Origin: a virus
Taxonomy: Duplodnaviria > Caudoviricetes
Reading direction: 5' to 3' (one strand)
Virus record (IMG/VR): IMGVR_UViG_3300032319_000326
Coordinates: 27,734 to 91,733 of that record
Length of the DNA stretch: 64,000 nt
The translations under genes and the position numbers were made by a program. Shown one piece after another: positions 37,942 through 46,684 of the stretch (position 1 is the first letter of the stretch; each line of letters begins with the position of its first letter). The notes beneath the pieces were generated by a model that was given only the letters and a program-made list of their open reading frames with translations, was not told the DNA's origin and ran no database searches.

Positions 37942-38596
37942 TACTGGTAAAAATATAAAACTAAAAACGGGTAAATCTAATTTAGATATAGTTAGAAGTT
38001 ATTTAAACGGAGAAAAGGCATTCGTACAAGTTGGCTACGATGCCAATTTGGAGAATAATAAACGCAAAGAAGGTGAAGAATGGGAGGATAGTCAAGGACA
38101 CAAATGGGTTTGGAAGAATAAAAGTAAACGTAGAGTTTCAAAGCGTGCTACGATCATTAATGAAAAACGATGTAAATGTTGTAATATGGATGTTCGTTGG
38201 GGCAATTATTTAGATGATCGTGTTTGGCCTAAAACAACGATGTGTTATGATTGTTTTACAAAATTTCAAACAGATCTTAAACTGATGGGTGTGTTTGATG
38301 TCTATAATGAACTACAGGATTTAAAAAATGAACGTAGTATTCTAGAAGAATATAAAAGAAAATTTGAAGAAAGTCAAAAATTTTGTCATGAAAATCAAGG
38401 TAAGCCTGTTGAATTTTTAGAAGAAGACGGTTCGTTTGAAAGATGGGAAGGTGTCCAAGATTATACTAAAATATTAGAAGACGTGACTAATGATTTGGTA
38501 AAAATTAATGACGGGTTACTAGACATTAATACTAAAATAAAAGAATACGAAGAATTGTATGAGTCAGCCAAGTCTAAGAGAAATAATAAAACGTGA
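37931..38596 (+). CDS. Conserved protein upstream of terminase (CxxC Zn motifs, coiled coil)
   Basis: RKEGEEW, CKCC...CYDC. Overlaps the terminase start. Confidence 0.55.
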   Translation: MKTNTGKNIKLKTGKSNLDIVRSYLNGEKAFVQVGYDANLENNKRKEGEEWEDSQGHKWVWKNKSKRRVSKRATIINEKRCKCCNMDVRWGNYLDDRVWPKTTMCYDCFTKFQTDLKLMGVFDVYNELQDLKNERSILEEYKRKFEESQKFCHENQGKPVEFLEEDGSFERWEGVQDYTKILEDVTNDLVKINDGLLDINTKIKEYEELYESAKSKRNNKT

Positions 38597-39395
38597 GTAT
38601 AAGAAGTGTATAGAAGATCCTATATACTTCATGAAAAAATATGTTAAGATTCAACATCCTATAAGAGGTACGGTTGGATTCGAACTATATCCATTTCAAG
38701 AAGATGCTTTACAAAACTTCGTTGATAATCAATTAAACATTGTTCTTAAGAGTCGTCAGATGGGTATCAGTACTCTTACAGCAGCTTATAGTTTGTGGTT
38801 AATGACATTTCATAATGATAAGAACATTCTTTGTATTAGTATTACCCAAGAAACAGCGAAAGAAATTGTCACTAAGGTAAGATTTGCAAATGACAATCTT
38901 CCAAGTTGGTTAAAAGTTCCATGTGTAGAAGATAATAGATTATCATTGCGATTGAAGAACGGATCTCAAATCAAAGCGGTTTCATCTGCTGGTACAGCAG
39001 GTCGTTCATCAGCACTCTCATTATTAATCATTGACGAAGCTGCATTTATCGATGGCATTGAGGAAATTTGGTTATCTGCTCAATATACATTATCCACTGG
39101 TGGTAGAGCTATCATATTAAGTACGCCAAACGGCGTAGGTAACTTCTTTCATAAAACGTGGGTTGAAGCCGAGGAAGGTAAGAACAAAGACTTCAAGACT
39201 ATTAGATTGCCATGGCATTTACATCCAGAAAGAGATCAATCATGGAGAGATAAACAAACTGAATTATCCGGTGTAAAAGGCGCCGCCCAAGAATGCGACT
39301 GTCTATGGGGAGAGTCTACGATTAGAGTCAGAGATAAAACATCAGGAAAAGAATTTGATATTTCTTTAGAAAAATTGTATTCCGGAGAATTGTAA
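38559..39395 (+). CDS. terL: Terminase large subunit, N-terminal (ATPase) part + 31-aa split intein N-fragment
   Basis: KSRQMGIST Walker A, IIDEAAF Walker B, STPNG. Ends QECD|CLWGEST...LYSGEL. Confidence 0.92.
   Translation: MSQPSLREIIKREYKKCIEDPIYFMKKYVKIQHPIRGTVGFELYPFQEDALQNFVDNQLNIVLKSRQMGISTLTAAYSLWLMTFHNDKNILCISITQETAKEIVTKVRFANDNLPSWLKVPCVEDNRLSLRLKNGSQIKAVSSAGTAGRSSALSLLIIDEAAFIDGIEEIWLSAQYTLSTGGRAIILSTPNGVGNFFHKTWVEAEEGKNKDFKTIRLPWHLHPERDQSWRDKQTELSGVKGAAQECDCLWGESTIRVRDKTSGKEFDISLEKLYSGEL
39300..39392 (+). mobile_element. Atypically split intein, IntN (31 aa)
   Basis: CLWGESTIRVRDKTSGKEFDISLEKLYSGEL: block A starting with Cys, then stop. Confidence 0.85.
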
Positions 39396-39431
39396 TCATA
39401 TGTATTATACAAGAATGTGATTGCGACCCAT

Positions 39432-39485
39432 ATGTGTGTACCTAAAAATTTGTTAGGGTGCAAACTATTTACAATAGACATATGA
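39432..39485 (+). pseudogene. Probable remnant of an endonuclease gene between the split intein halves
   Basis: MCVPKNLLGCKLFTIDI* with ATGA overlap onto the IntC start, preceded by promoter-like TATGTATTA. Confidence 0.45.
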
Positions 39486-40675
39486 TCGATTCAAATGTTA
39501 AACTAAATACCAAGTTTCAAATTTTGACTCCAACAGGTTACCAAGATTTTTTTGGAATCAGAAAAATAAAAAAGGATTGTTACTATAAAATATTATTGAG
39601 TAATGGCAAAATAATAAAATGTTCGGACAATCATCCTTTTATATATAAAAATTCAGAACTGCGATCTCACGATATCAAAATCGGATCAAAAATATCGGGA
39701 GCAAATGGTGTAGATGTAGTTGTCATAACGATAGAAAAATTCGAAAATCTCATTGATTTATATGATATAGTAAACGTCTCCGGCGGTAATGTTTTTAATG
39801 TAGACGGAATTGTTTCACATAATTGTGATTTTAGTACATCTGGTAATCAAGTGGTAAGTGTAGAAGTTCTTGAATTTTATAGACAAACTCATCTAAAAGA
39901 TCCCGTGGAAAAACGGGGTAACAATCAAGATCTATGGATCTGGGATTATCCAAATTATAGTAAAAACTACATATTAACAGCAGACTGTGCTAGAGGAGAT
40001 GGCGGAGATTTTAGTGCGTTTCACGTTTTAGATATTGAAACGATGGAACAGGTTGCTGAATATAAGGGGCAATTAACTACAAAAGATTATGGCAATTTAC
40101 TAGTGAGTGTGGCGACAGAGTACAATAACGCATTGTTGGTTGTAGAAAATAATAATATAGGATGGGCTACATTACAACAGATCATAGACAGAAATTATCA
40201 AAATACATTTTATAGCGCAACTGATTTAACCGTTGTAGACGTGGAAAGATCATATTCCAATAAGTTAAATTCAGCCGATAAAAAATTAGTTGCTGGATTT
40301 ACTACAACTAGTAAAAATAGACCGATGATTATAAGTAATTTAGAATTATTTTTTAGACAAAAACAAATAATTATGAAGTCTAAAAGGTTATATGAAGAGT
40401 TAAATGTTTTCATTTGGAACGGTCATAAAGCCGAAGCTATGAGAGGTTACAACGACGATTTAGTAATGTCTATAGGTATTGGTTTGTGGGTTCGTGAAAC
40501 TGCTTTGAAACTTAGAAACGATCAAATTGCTTATAACAAGGCTATGATTTCTAATATCTCTAAGGTTTCCAGTCAAATAATACTACCTAAAGAAGTAAGT
40601 GCAGTACCAGATCATCATAAAACTATGGAATTTACAGTTAAAGATAAAAAAGAAAGTTTAACTTGGTTAATGTAA
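39482..40675 (+). CDS. terL: Split intein C-fragment (114 aa, 39482-39823) + terminase large subunit nuclease domain
   Basis: ILTPTGYQDF.GI.K, CSDNH (block B), YDI (block F), VSHN|CDF; then ADCARGDG.D and NDDLVM. Confidence 0.9.
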   Translation: MIDSNVKLNTKFQILTPTGYQDFFGIRKIKKDCYYKILLSNGKIIKCSDNHPFIYKNSELRSHDIKIGSKISGANGVDVVVITIEKFENLIDLYDIVNVSGGNVFNVDGIVSHNCDFSTSGNQVVSVEVLEFYRQTHLKDPVEKRGNNQDLWIWDYPNYSKNYILTADCARGDGGDFSAFHVLDIETMEQVAEYKGQLTTKDYGNLLVSVATEYNNALLVVENNNIGWATLQQIIDRNYQNTFYSATDLTVVDVERSYSNKLNSADKKLVAGFTTTSKNRPMIISNLELFFRQKQIIMKSKRLYEELNVFIWNGHKAEAMRGYNDDLVMSIGIGLWVRETALKLRNDQIAYNKAMISNISKVSSQIILPKEVSAVPDHHKTMEFTVKDKKESLTWLM

Positions 40676-40698
40676 ATACTTATATACTAGAATAATAT

Positions 40699-43600
40699 AT
40701 GGCAGATCAATCATTTCAGGAATTAAGAAATCGTTCATTATTTGCACGTTTGAAACGTTTGTTTTCAAACGATGTAATCGTTCGTAATATCGGAGGTAAA
40801 AAGTTAAAGGTTATTGATACGGATGAAATTCAGTATGCTACGGATCGTAATAGTTTAAGAGATCGATTTAATAGATTGCGTACAAGTTCATATAATCAAT
40901 ATACCAGAGATTTTAATTTATCATATCAAAGCAGTCGTGTAGAACTATTTCGTGATTATGACTGTGTTGGTCCTGATACAATCATACCTCTACCAGATGG
41001 TACTAAACCAACTATAGCTGAACTAACGGAGAGATATAAAGATAAACCCCAAGAAAGATTTTATGTATTTTCATACGATCACGAAACTGACAGTATAAAA
41101 TTAGGTAAAGCATTTCATCCACGTAAAAAGGCAGGTAAACGTCAGGGATACAAAGTTACATTTGATAACGGACAGTATGTAGTTGGAAGTTTGAAACATC
41201 CGTTTATGATGCGAGATGGTTCATATAAACGAATTTTTGAACTAAGAGTCGGTGATTCAGTGATGCCATTTTATGAACATGAATATGGTTATAAAAAGAA
41301 TGGAATTAAACCTTATAGACGAGTTTATAATTTTTCTAAAGGTTATCAATCAATACATAAAATGGTTGTGGAACAATTTCAGAGAAAGTTGAATGGTGAT
41401 GAAGTAATTCATCATAGAGATTTTAACGGGTTTAATAATTCTCCAGAAAATTTACAAATAATGGACCGAAAAAATCACTATGAATTTCATGCTAACCATA
41501 GTAAAAATGTAATATGGAGTGATGAAAATTATGAAAACCAACTCAACAAATTAAAATCACATCCAAATTATATTAACCGTGAGTTTCATCATTGGGATGG
41601 AGAACGAAATGGTGAGAATAACCCGTTTTATGGAAAAGAACATTCTAATGAATCGAATGAAAAGCGTTCAGAGACTCTTAAATCTGTATTTGTTAATAGA
41701 GATCAAACCGGAGAAAAAAATCCAAAATATAGAGGTGATGTAACATTTGATAATGTTAAAGAAAAAGCATACGAATATTACAAAGAATATTCAAAAATCA
41801 ATTTGTGGGATTTCATTAAACATATAAAGTGTGATCATTCTACTCTTCAAAATCGTCTCAAAAAAGAGAAGCATGACTGGAAATCTTTTAAACAAGAAGT
41901 AGAAACTACATTAAATCATAAAATCGTATCTATTGAGATGGTGGGTGAAACAGATGTATATGATGTCACAGTTGAGGAGTATCATAACTTTGCGACTGAT
42001 AGTTGTTTCGTGAAAAATACAATGGATATGGATCCAATTCTAGCATCTGCATTGGACATTTACTCGGATGAATGTACAACCAGAAATGAAATGGGAGAAA
42101 TTCTACAAATCAAATCCACAAACGATGAAATCAAGAATATATTACATAATTTGTTCTACGATATTCTAAATATTGAATTCAATCTTTGGAGTTGGACTCG
42201 TTGTATGGTTAAGTACGGAGATTTCTATCTTCGTCTGCATATTAGTCCTGAATACGGAGTCTACATGGTAGAACCTCTGAGTACCTATTATGTTACCCGT
42301 GTAGAAAATGCTGTGTTGACAAACAAGAACTTTGTTAAGTTTCAAGTCAATCTTCCATATGGAAACAAAATGGAAGATTTAGAAAATTATCAAATTGCAC
42401 ATTTCCGTTTATTGAGCGACAGTAACTTTTTGCCATATGGAAAATGTTTAGTCGGTGAAACTCACGTTGATACCGAATTTGGTTCTAAATATATAAAAGA
42501 TCTACTCATTGGAGAAAAAATATGGTCTTTCAATACAAATAACAAATTGTTCGAATTAACCAGTGTAAAAAACAAAATCAACTCTGGTGTAAAAGAGACT
42601 ATCAAAATTAGAACTCAACACAATTTTATAGAATCTAGCAAAACCCATCCTATTTTAACTTTTAATAAAGTTACAAATGAATTGGAATACAAACAAACGT
42701 CTGATGTCAAGATTGGAGATTTGTTGTTAATAAACGCCAATGAAAACAAAAAATCAAAAATTTGTTATATTAACACAGATTTGGTCGGTTTTAACAAAAA
42801 CGGATGGAAAAATAATGTTATCAACTTACCTAACAACATAGACTGCGAGTTTTCTGAATTAATGGGATTTATGATTGGCGATGGGTGGTTGAGTGGAGAA
42901 AATACTAGAGTGAATTTTGCTATAGGGACAGATGATATACAAAACAAACATTATGCGTCTATTTTAGAAAAATATTCGGGGAAAATCGGAAATTGGTTGT
43001 CTCCCAAGAAAAATTCAGGCGGACAATTTTATGTTGATAACAAAATGTTGGCAACTGTATTGTTTAATAATGGGTTGATTGGAAAAGCAAAAACTAAAAG
43101 AATACCAACGTGGGTGTTTGAATCAAGTGAAGACATACAATTAGCTTTCATTAAAGGATTGACAAACGCCGATGCGTGGAGTTTTGATGATGGATTTGCC
43201 AACAGATATACAATTTCATTATGCAATAAAGATTTGATATATGATTTCAAACGTCTTTTACAATTTAATAATATAAAATCGTCAATACCAACTGAAGATG
43301 ATACCGTTTCAGAGGTGACTATTTGTGGAGTTGATTGTATTAAACATGGGGAATATTCAATAAATTATTATTTGGAAGGCAACAAAAAACAACAACTCAA
43401 AAAATATAATCACTTAGACAATTCTAATATATTGTTGGAACCAGTTGTTAATATTGAGTTTACAGGAGAAAAAGAAACGTGGGATATTCAAGTTGAATCG
43501 GAAAATTCAAATTTTGTAGCAAATGGCGTCGTCGTTCATAATTCGATGTTGGAAGGCGCACGACGTGTTTGGAAACAATTAAGTTTGATGGAAGACGCAA

Positions 43601-44793
43601 TGTTAATTCATCGTATCATGCGTGCACCTGAAAAACGTATTTTCAAAGTTGATATTGGTAGTATACCTCCAAATGAAGTTGATAATCATATGGAACGTAT
43701 TATGAACCAAATGAAAAAGACTCCTTATTTGGATCAACAAACAGGAGACTATAACTTACGTTTCAATCTACAAAACATGGTTGAAGACTTTTTCTTACCT
43801 GTTCGTGGTAGTGATAGTGGTACTAGTATTGATAATTTACCAGGTCTTGAATGGACAGGAACCGATGATATCGAATATTTACGTAACAAGATGATGGCGG
43901 CACTCAAAATTCCTAAGGCATTTTTAGGTTATGATGAATCTCTATCTGGTAAAGCTACATTAGCAGCTGAAGATATTCGTTTTGCTCGTACAATTCAACG
44001 AGTTCAAAGAATTATTGTTAGTGAATTGAATAAGATCGCCGTTATTCATTTATATTCACAGGGATACCGTGACGAATCGTTGGTGGATTTCAGCCTTGAA
44101 CTTACTAATCCATCCACTATATTTGAAAAAGAAAAGATTGATGTTTGGAAGAGTAAGGTTGATGTTAGCAAAGACATGCAAGAAAATAAATTCTTCAGTA
44201 AAAAGTGGATTTATGAAAATGTATTTAGTCTTACAGATCAAGACATGATCGAATTACAAAAACAACTTATCGACGATGCTAAGGGAAATTATAGATTTAA
44301 ACAAATCGAAGAAGAAGGAAATGACCCAGCTATTAAGTTCTTAAAATCAATCGACTCTGATAAAGAAGAAGGTGGTGGTCCGGATGGAGGAACTGCGGAT
44401 GAAACCGATAGTGGATTGACCGGTGGAGATTCGGGCGGTACACCGCCAACCGAACCGCCAACCGAACCGCCAACTGAACCAACGCCTGTAGAACCAGCAG
44501 CTGCTAGTGGTGGCGAAACTAAAGCTCCTACTCCTGCCAAGTTATCTGAACGTGATCAAACTGGCAGAAAAAATGCAAGAAAATATCCATTTGGCGAAGA
44601 TCCACTTGGTACATTAGAAAACAATAGACGTAGTGATTTATCAGTAACTCACAAGTATAAAAACAAATCTCCGTTATCATTAGAATCTCTCAAAGGACTG
44701 ACTAATATGTTAAATACAGTTGAAGAGGAAAAGAAAATTTTAAGAGAAGGAGAAGAAAAATCCTACATGGATGAAAGAAATATAAAAGAATAA
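40699..44793 (+). CDS. Portal protein (T4 gp20-like) with two inteins; ~646 aa after splicing
   Basis: ALDIYSDE, KYGDFYL, PYGK|SMLE, EDAMLIHRIMRAPEKR, EDFFLPVRG, ALKIPK. Confidence 0.93.
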   Translation: MADQSFQELRNRSLFARLKRLFSNDVIVRNIGGKKLKVIDTDEIQYATDRNSLRDRFNRLRTSSYNQYTRDFNLSYQSSRVELFRDYDCVGPDTIIPLPDGTKPTIAELTERYKDKPQERFYVFSYDHETDSIKLGKAFHPRKKAGKRQGYKVTFDNGQYVVGSLKHPFMMRDGSYKRIFELRVGDSVMPFYEHEYGYKKNGIKPYRRVYNFSKGYQSIHKMVVEQFQRKLNGDEVIHHRDFNGFNNSPENLQIMDRKNHYEFHANHSKNVIWSDENYENQLNKLKSHPNYINREFHHWDGERNGENNPFYGKEHSNESNEKRSETLKSVFVNRDQTGEKNPKYRGDVTFDNVKEKAYEYYKEYSKINLWDFIKHIKCDHSTLQNRLKKEKHDWKSFKQEVETTLNHKIVSIEMVGETDVYDVTVEEYHNFATDSCFVKNTMDMDPILASALDIYSDECTTRNEMGEILQIKSTNDEIKNILHNLFYDILNIEFNLWSWTRCMVKYGDFYLRLHISPEYGVYMVEPLSTYYVTRVENAVLTNKNFVKFQVNLPYGNKMEDLENYQIAHFRLLSDSNFLPYGKCLVGETHVDTEFGSKYIKDLLIGEKIWSFNTNNKLFELTSVKNKINSGVKETIKIRTQHNFIESSKTHPILTFNKVTNELEYKQTSDVKIGDLLLINANENKKSKICYINTDLVGFNKNGWKNNVINLPNNIDCEFSELMGFMIGDGWLSGENTRVNFAIGTDDIQNKHYASILEKYSGKIGNWLSPKKNSGGQFYVDNKMLATVLFNNGLIGKAKTKRIPTWVFESSEDIQLAFIKGLTNADAWSFDDGFANRYTISLCNKDLIYDFKRLLQFNNIKSSIPTEDDTVSEVTICGVDCIKHGEYSINYYLEGNKKQQLKKYNHLDNSNILLEPVVNIEFTGEKETWDIQVESENSNFVANGVVVHNSMLEGARRVWKQLSLMEDAMLIHRIMRAPEKRIFKVDIGSIPPNEVDNHMERIMNQMKKTPYLDQQTGDYNLRFNLQNMVEDFFLPVRGSDSGTSIDNLPGLEWTGTDDIEYLRNKMMAALKIPKAFLGYDESLSGKATLAAEDIRFARTIQRVQRIIVSELNKIAVIHLYSQGYRDESLVDFSLELTNPSTIFEKEKIDVWKSKVDVSKDMQENKFFSKKWIYENVFSLTDQDMIELQKQLIDDAKGNYRFKQIEEEGNDPAIKFLKSIDSDKEEGGGPDGGTADETDSGLTGGDSGGTPPTEPPTEPPTEPTPVEPAAASGGETKAPTPAKLSERDQTGRKNARKYPFGEDPLGTLENNRRSDLSVTHKYKNKSPLSLESLKGLTNMLNTVEEEKKILREGEEKSYMDERNIKE
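40963..42018 (+). mobile_element. Portal intein 1 (352 aa) with HNH endonuclease and NUMOD3
   Basis: DYD|CVGPDT ... HPF ... IHHRDFNGFNNSPENL ... NPFYGKEHS ... VYDVTV..HNF...CFVKN|T. Confidence 0.88.
42445..43542 (+). mobile_element. Portal intein 2 (366 aa) with LAGLIDADG endonuclease
   Basis: PYGK|CLVGET ... THP ... LMGFMIGDG ... FIKGLTNADA ... TWDIQV...NFVANGVVVHN|S. Confidence 0.9.
44443..44481 (+). repeat. 12-bp tandem repeat encoding PPTE x3 in portal C-terminal tail
   Basis: ccgccaaccgaa repeated. Confidence 0.8.
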
Positions 44794-44843
44794 ACACAAA
44801 TCCTATATATTTAAGGAGTTCAGATATATTTATAATTAATATT

Positions 44844-45728
44844 ATGCATAAGAAAGCAAAACATTCAAAATTCAAGAATGCCGGAATATTATTTGAACTT
44901 CTTACGCGTCAAATAACTGCGGATATTTTGGCGGGTAGAGATGAGTCGTTTACCAAAAATTTGATGTTTAAGTACTTCCACGAAAGTAAGGAACTTGGCA
45001 AAGAAGCACAGTTATACAATTTTGTAATACAACAAACCAGCAAAGACGAAAACGCAGCTGATCGTATTTTAAATGTAGTACTACAAACTCGTTCAAAGTT
45101 AGACGAACTTGAATTGAATAAACAAAAATATAACGTAATTAAAGAGATAAAAGAAAAATATAACATTGACGAATTTTTAAAGAATAAAATTCCAAATTAT
45201 AAATTATATGCTTCAATTTATAAATTGTTTGAAACCCAATCAGATTCGAACGTTAAGTTTGATATTACGGAATTAATAGAATCCAGAGAATATATAGTTG
45301 AGAACTTAACTAAGGAAAAGAAGAGTGATGAAGAAAGTTTGGACGTTTACGGATGTCAAAGTGCTGAAGTAAGATTGTTAGCTTATAAGTTTTTAATAGA
45401 AAATTTCAATACCAAGTATAGTAATTTATTACCGGCTCAAAAGAAGTTACTTAAAGAGTATATTACAAACATCAGCAATTCGAGCAAATTCACCAAATTT
45501 GTAAACGAAGAATATAAGAGAGTCAGTGTCATTCTAAAAGACAATCTTCAAACAATTAAATCTGATATAGTAAAGATTAAAATTACAGAGATAGTTAGTC
45601 AGTTTTCCACTAAAAATGTTATTGGTGTAGTCCGAGAAAATCAATTAACTTCATTGTTGAACGCTTACGAATTGGTTGAAGAAATTGAAAAGTTAAAGAA
45701 TGAAACCACACCTAAAACACAAGATTAA
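44844..45728 (+). CDS. Conserved head-cluster protein
   Basis: KHSKFKNAGILFELLTRQI; lies between portal and protease. Confidence 0.6.
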   Translation: MHKKAKHSKFKNAGILFELLTRQITADILAGRDESFTKNLMFKYFHESKELGKEAQLYNFVIQQTSKDENAADRILNVVLQTRSKLDELELNKQKYNVIKEIKEKYNIDEFLKNKIPNYKLYASIYKLFETQSDSNVKFDITELIESREYIVENLTKEKKSDEESLDVYGCQSAEVRLLAYKFLIENFNTKYSNLLPAQKKLLKEYITNISNSSKFTKFVNEEYKRVSVILKDNLQTIKSDIVKIKITEIVSQFSTKNVIGVVRENQLTSLLNAYELVEEIEKLKNETTPKTQD

Positions 45729-46683
45729 GAAACTCTTAAGTAAATTAAGAGCTAAAAATGAGGCTAGTACCACAGGTACAGGTCCAGTTGCTTCTGGTCC
45801 TGTTGCTGTAGGAGGAGATGCTGCTAGAACACCGTTTGCGTTCTCAAAGAGGGGAGCTAGACCAGATACTTATACACAATTAGGTTATACGTTAGCTAAA
45901 CCGATCAACCGAAGTGCTAATTACAAATTAGAAAATCAAGTATATAGTCAACCAGCATATGCAACTCCTGCTTTTAATATAGAACCAGCAGACACATATA
46001 CAGATGAAAATGGTTTGGTTCAACACAACGATCCTGATATGGATCCTAATTTAATTGGATATAAACAAGGTAGTTTACCATGTACCGAAGGTTTTAATGG
46101 GATGAAATATGAACAAGAAGGTCAACCTCAAACTCCTCAACAAAATCCCTCTGTACCCGTTCAACCAACTGTTCAACCAGTTAAATCACAAACACAACCG
46201 TCTGTAGATGTAAAAACCTACGATGTATTACCCGACTTTACTAAATTTGATACTAAATTAAAAAGTGGTACGGAATCATTAAAAAACAATTTACAAAAAA
46301 CTATACAAGATAAAATTTTAGGCAAAAAGATTGTTGTGAGAGCTAGTAAAGGATATAAACAGCCAGAAACTGATTATACCATAAACGTTACAGGAGTAAC
46401 AATTGATTATTATTATGATAGATATGTAATTATCATAAACGGACGTGAAGAAAATAAACAAAAAGTTGCTAAATTCTTCATTAAACCAGGATTTTCTATT
46501 AAGATATTAGGCTCTGCAGAATTAAAACCAAAAGATCGATATCAAGTTGCTAAATCCCAAGCACTTGTTAATCCTCAGCAATCAGCAACGCCTACAAATA
46601 CGGTAACATCAGATGAAGAAAACTCTCCACCTGAACCAAAATCCGATACCAAAGAACAACCTTCTACACAACCCAAAGTATAA
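45700..46683 (+). CDS. Hypothetical head-cluster protein
   Basis: 327 aa with NEASTTG...TPFAF motif and low-complexity linkers. Confidence 0.55.
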   Translation: MKPHLKHKIKKLLSKLRAKNEASTTGTGPVASGPVAVGGDAARTPFAFSKRGARPDTYTQLGYTLAKPINRSANYKLENQVYSQPAYATPAFNIEPADTYTDENGLVQHNDPDMDPNLIGYKQGSLPCTEGFNGMKYEQEGQPQTPQQNPSVPVQPTVQPVKSQTQPSVDVKTYDVLPDFTKFDTKLKSGTESLKNNLQKTIQDKILGKKIVVRASKGYKQPETDYTINVTGVTIDYYYDRYVIIINGREENKQKVAKFFIKPGFSIKILGSAELKPKDRYQVAKSQALVNPQQSATPTNTVTSDEENSPPEPKSDTKEQPSTQPKV

Positions 46684-46684
46684 T

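Noticed and set aside
39393-39481. Terminase broken by sequencing error or pseudogenisation
   Set aside because: The break falls at the known atypical split position, and both intein halves and the IntC start are intact.
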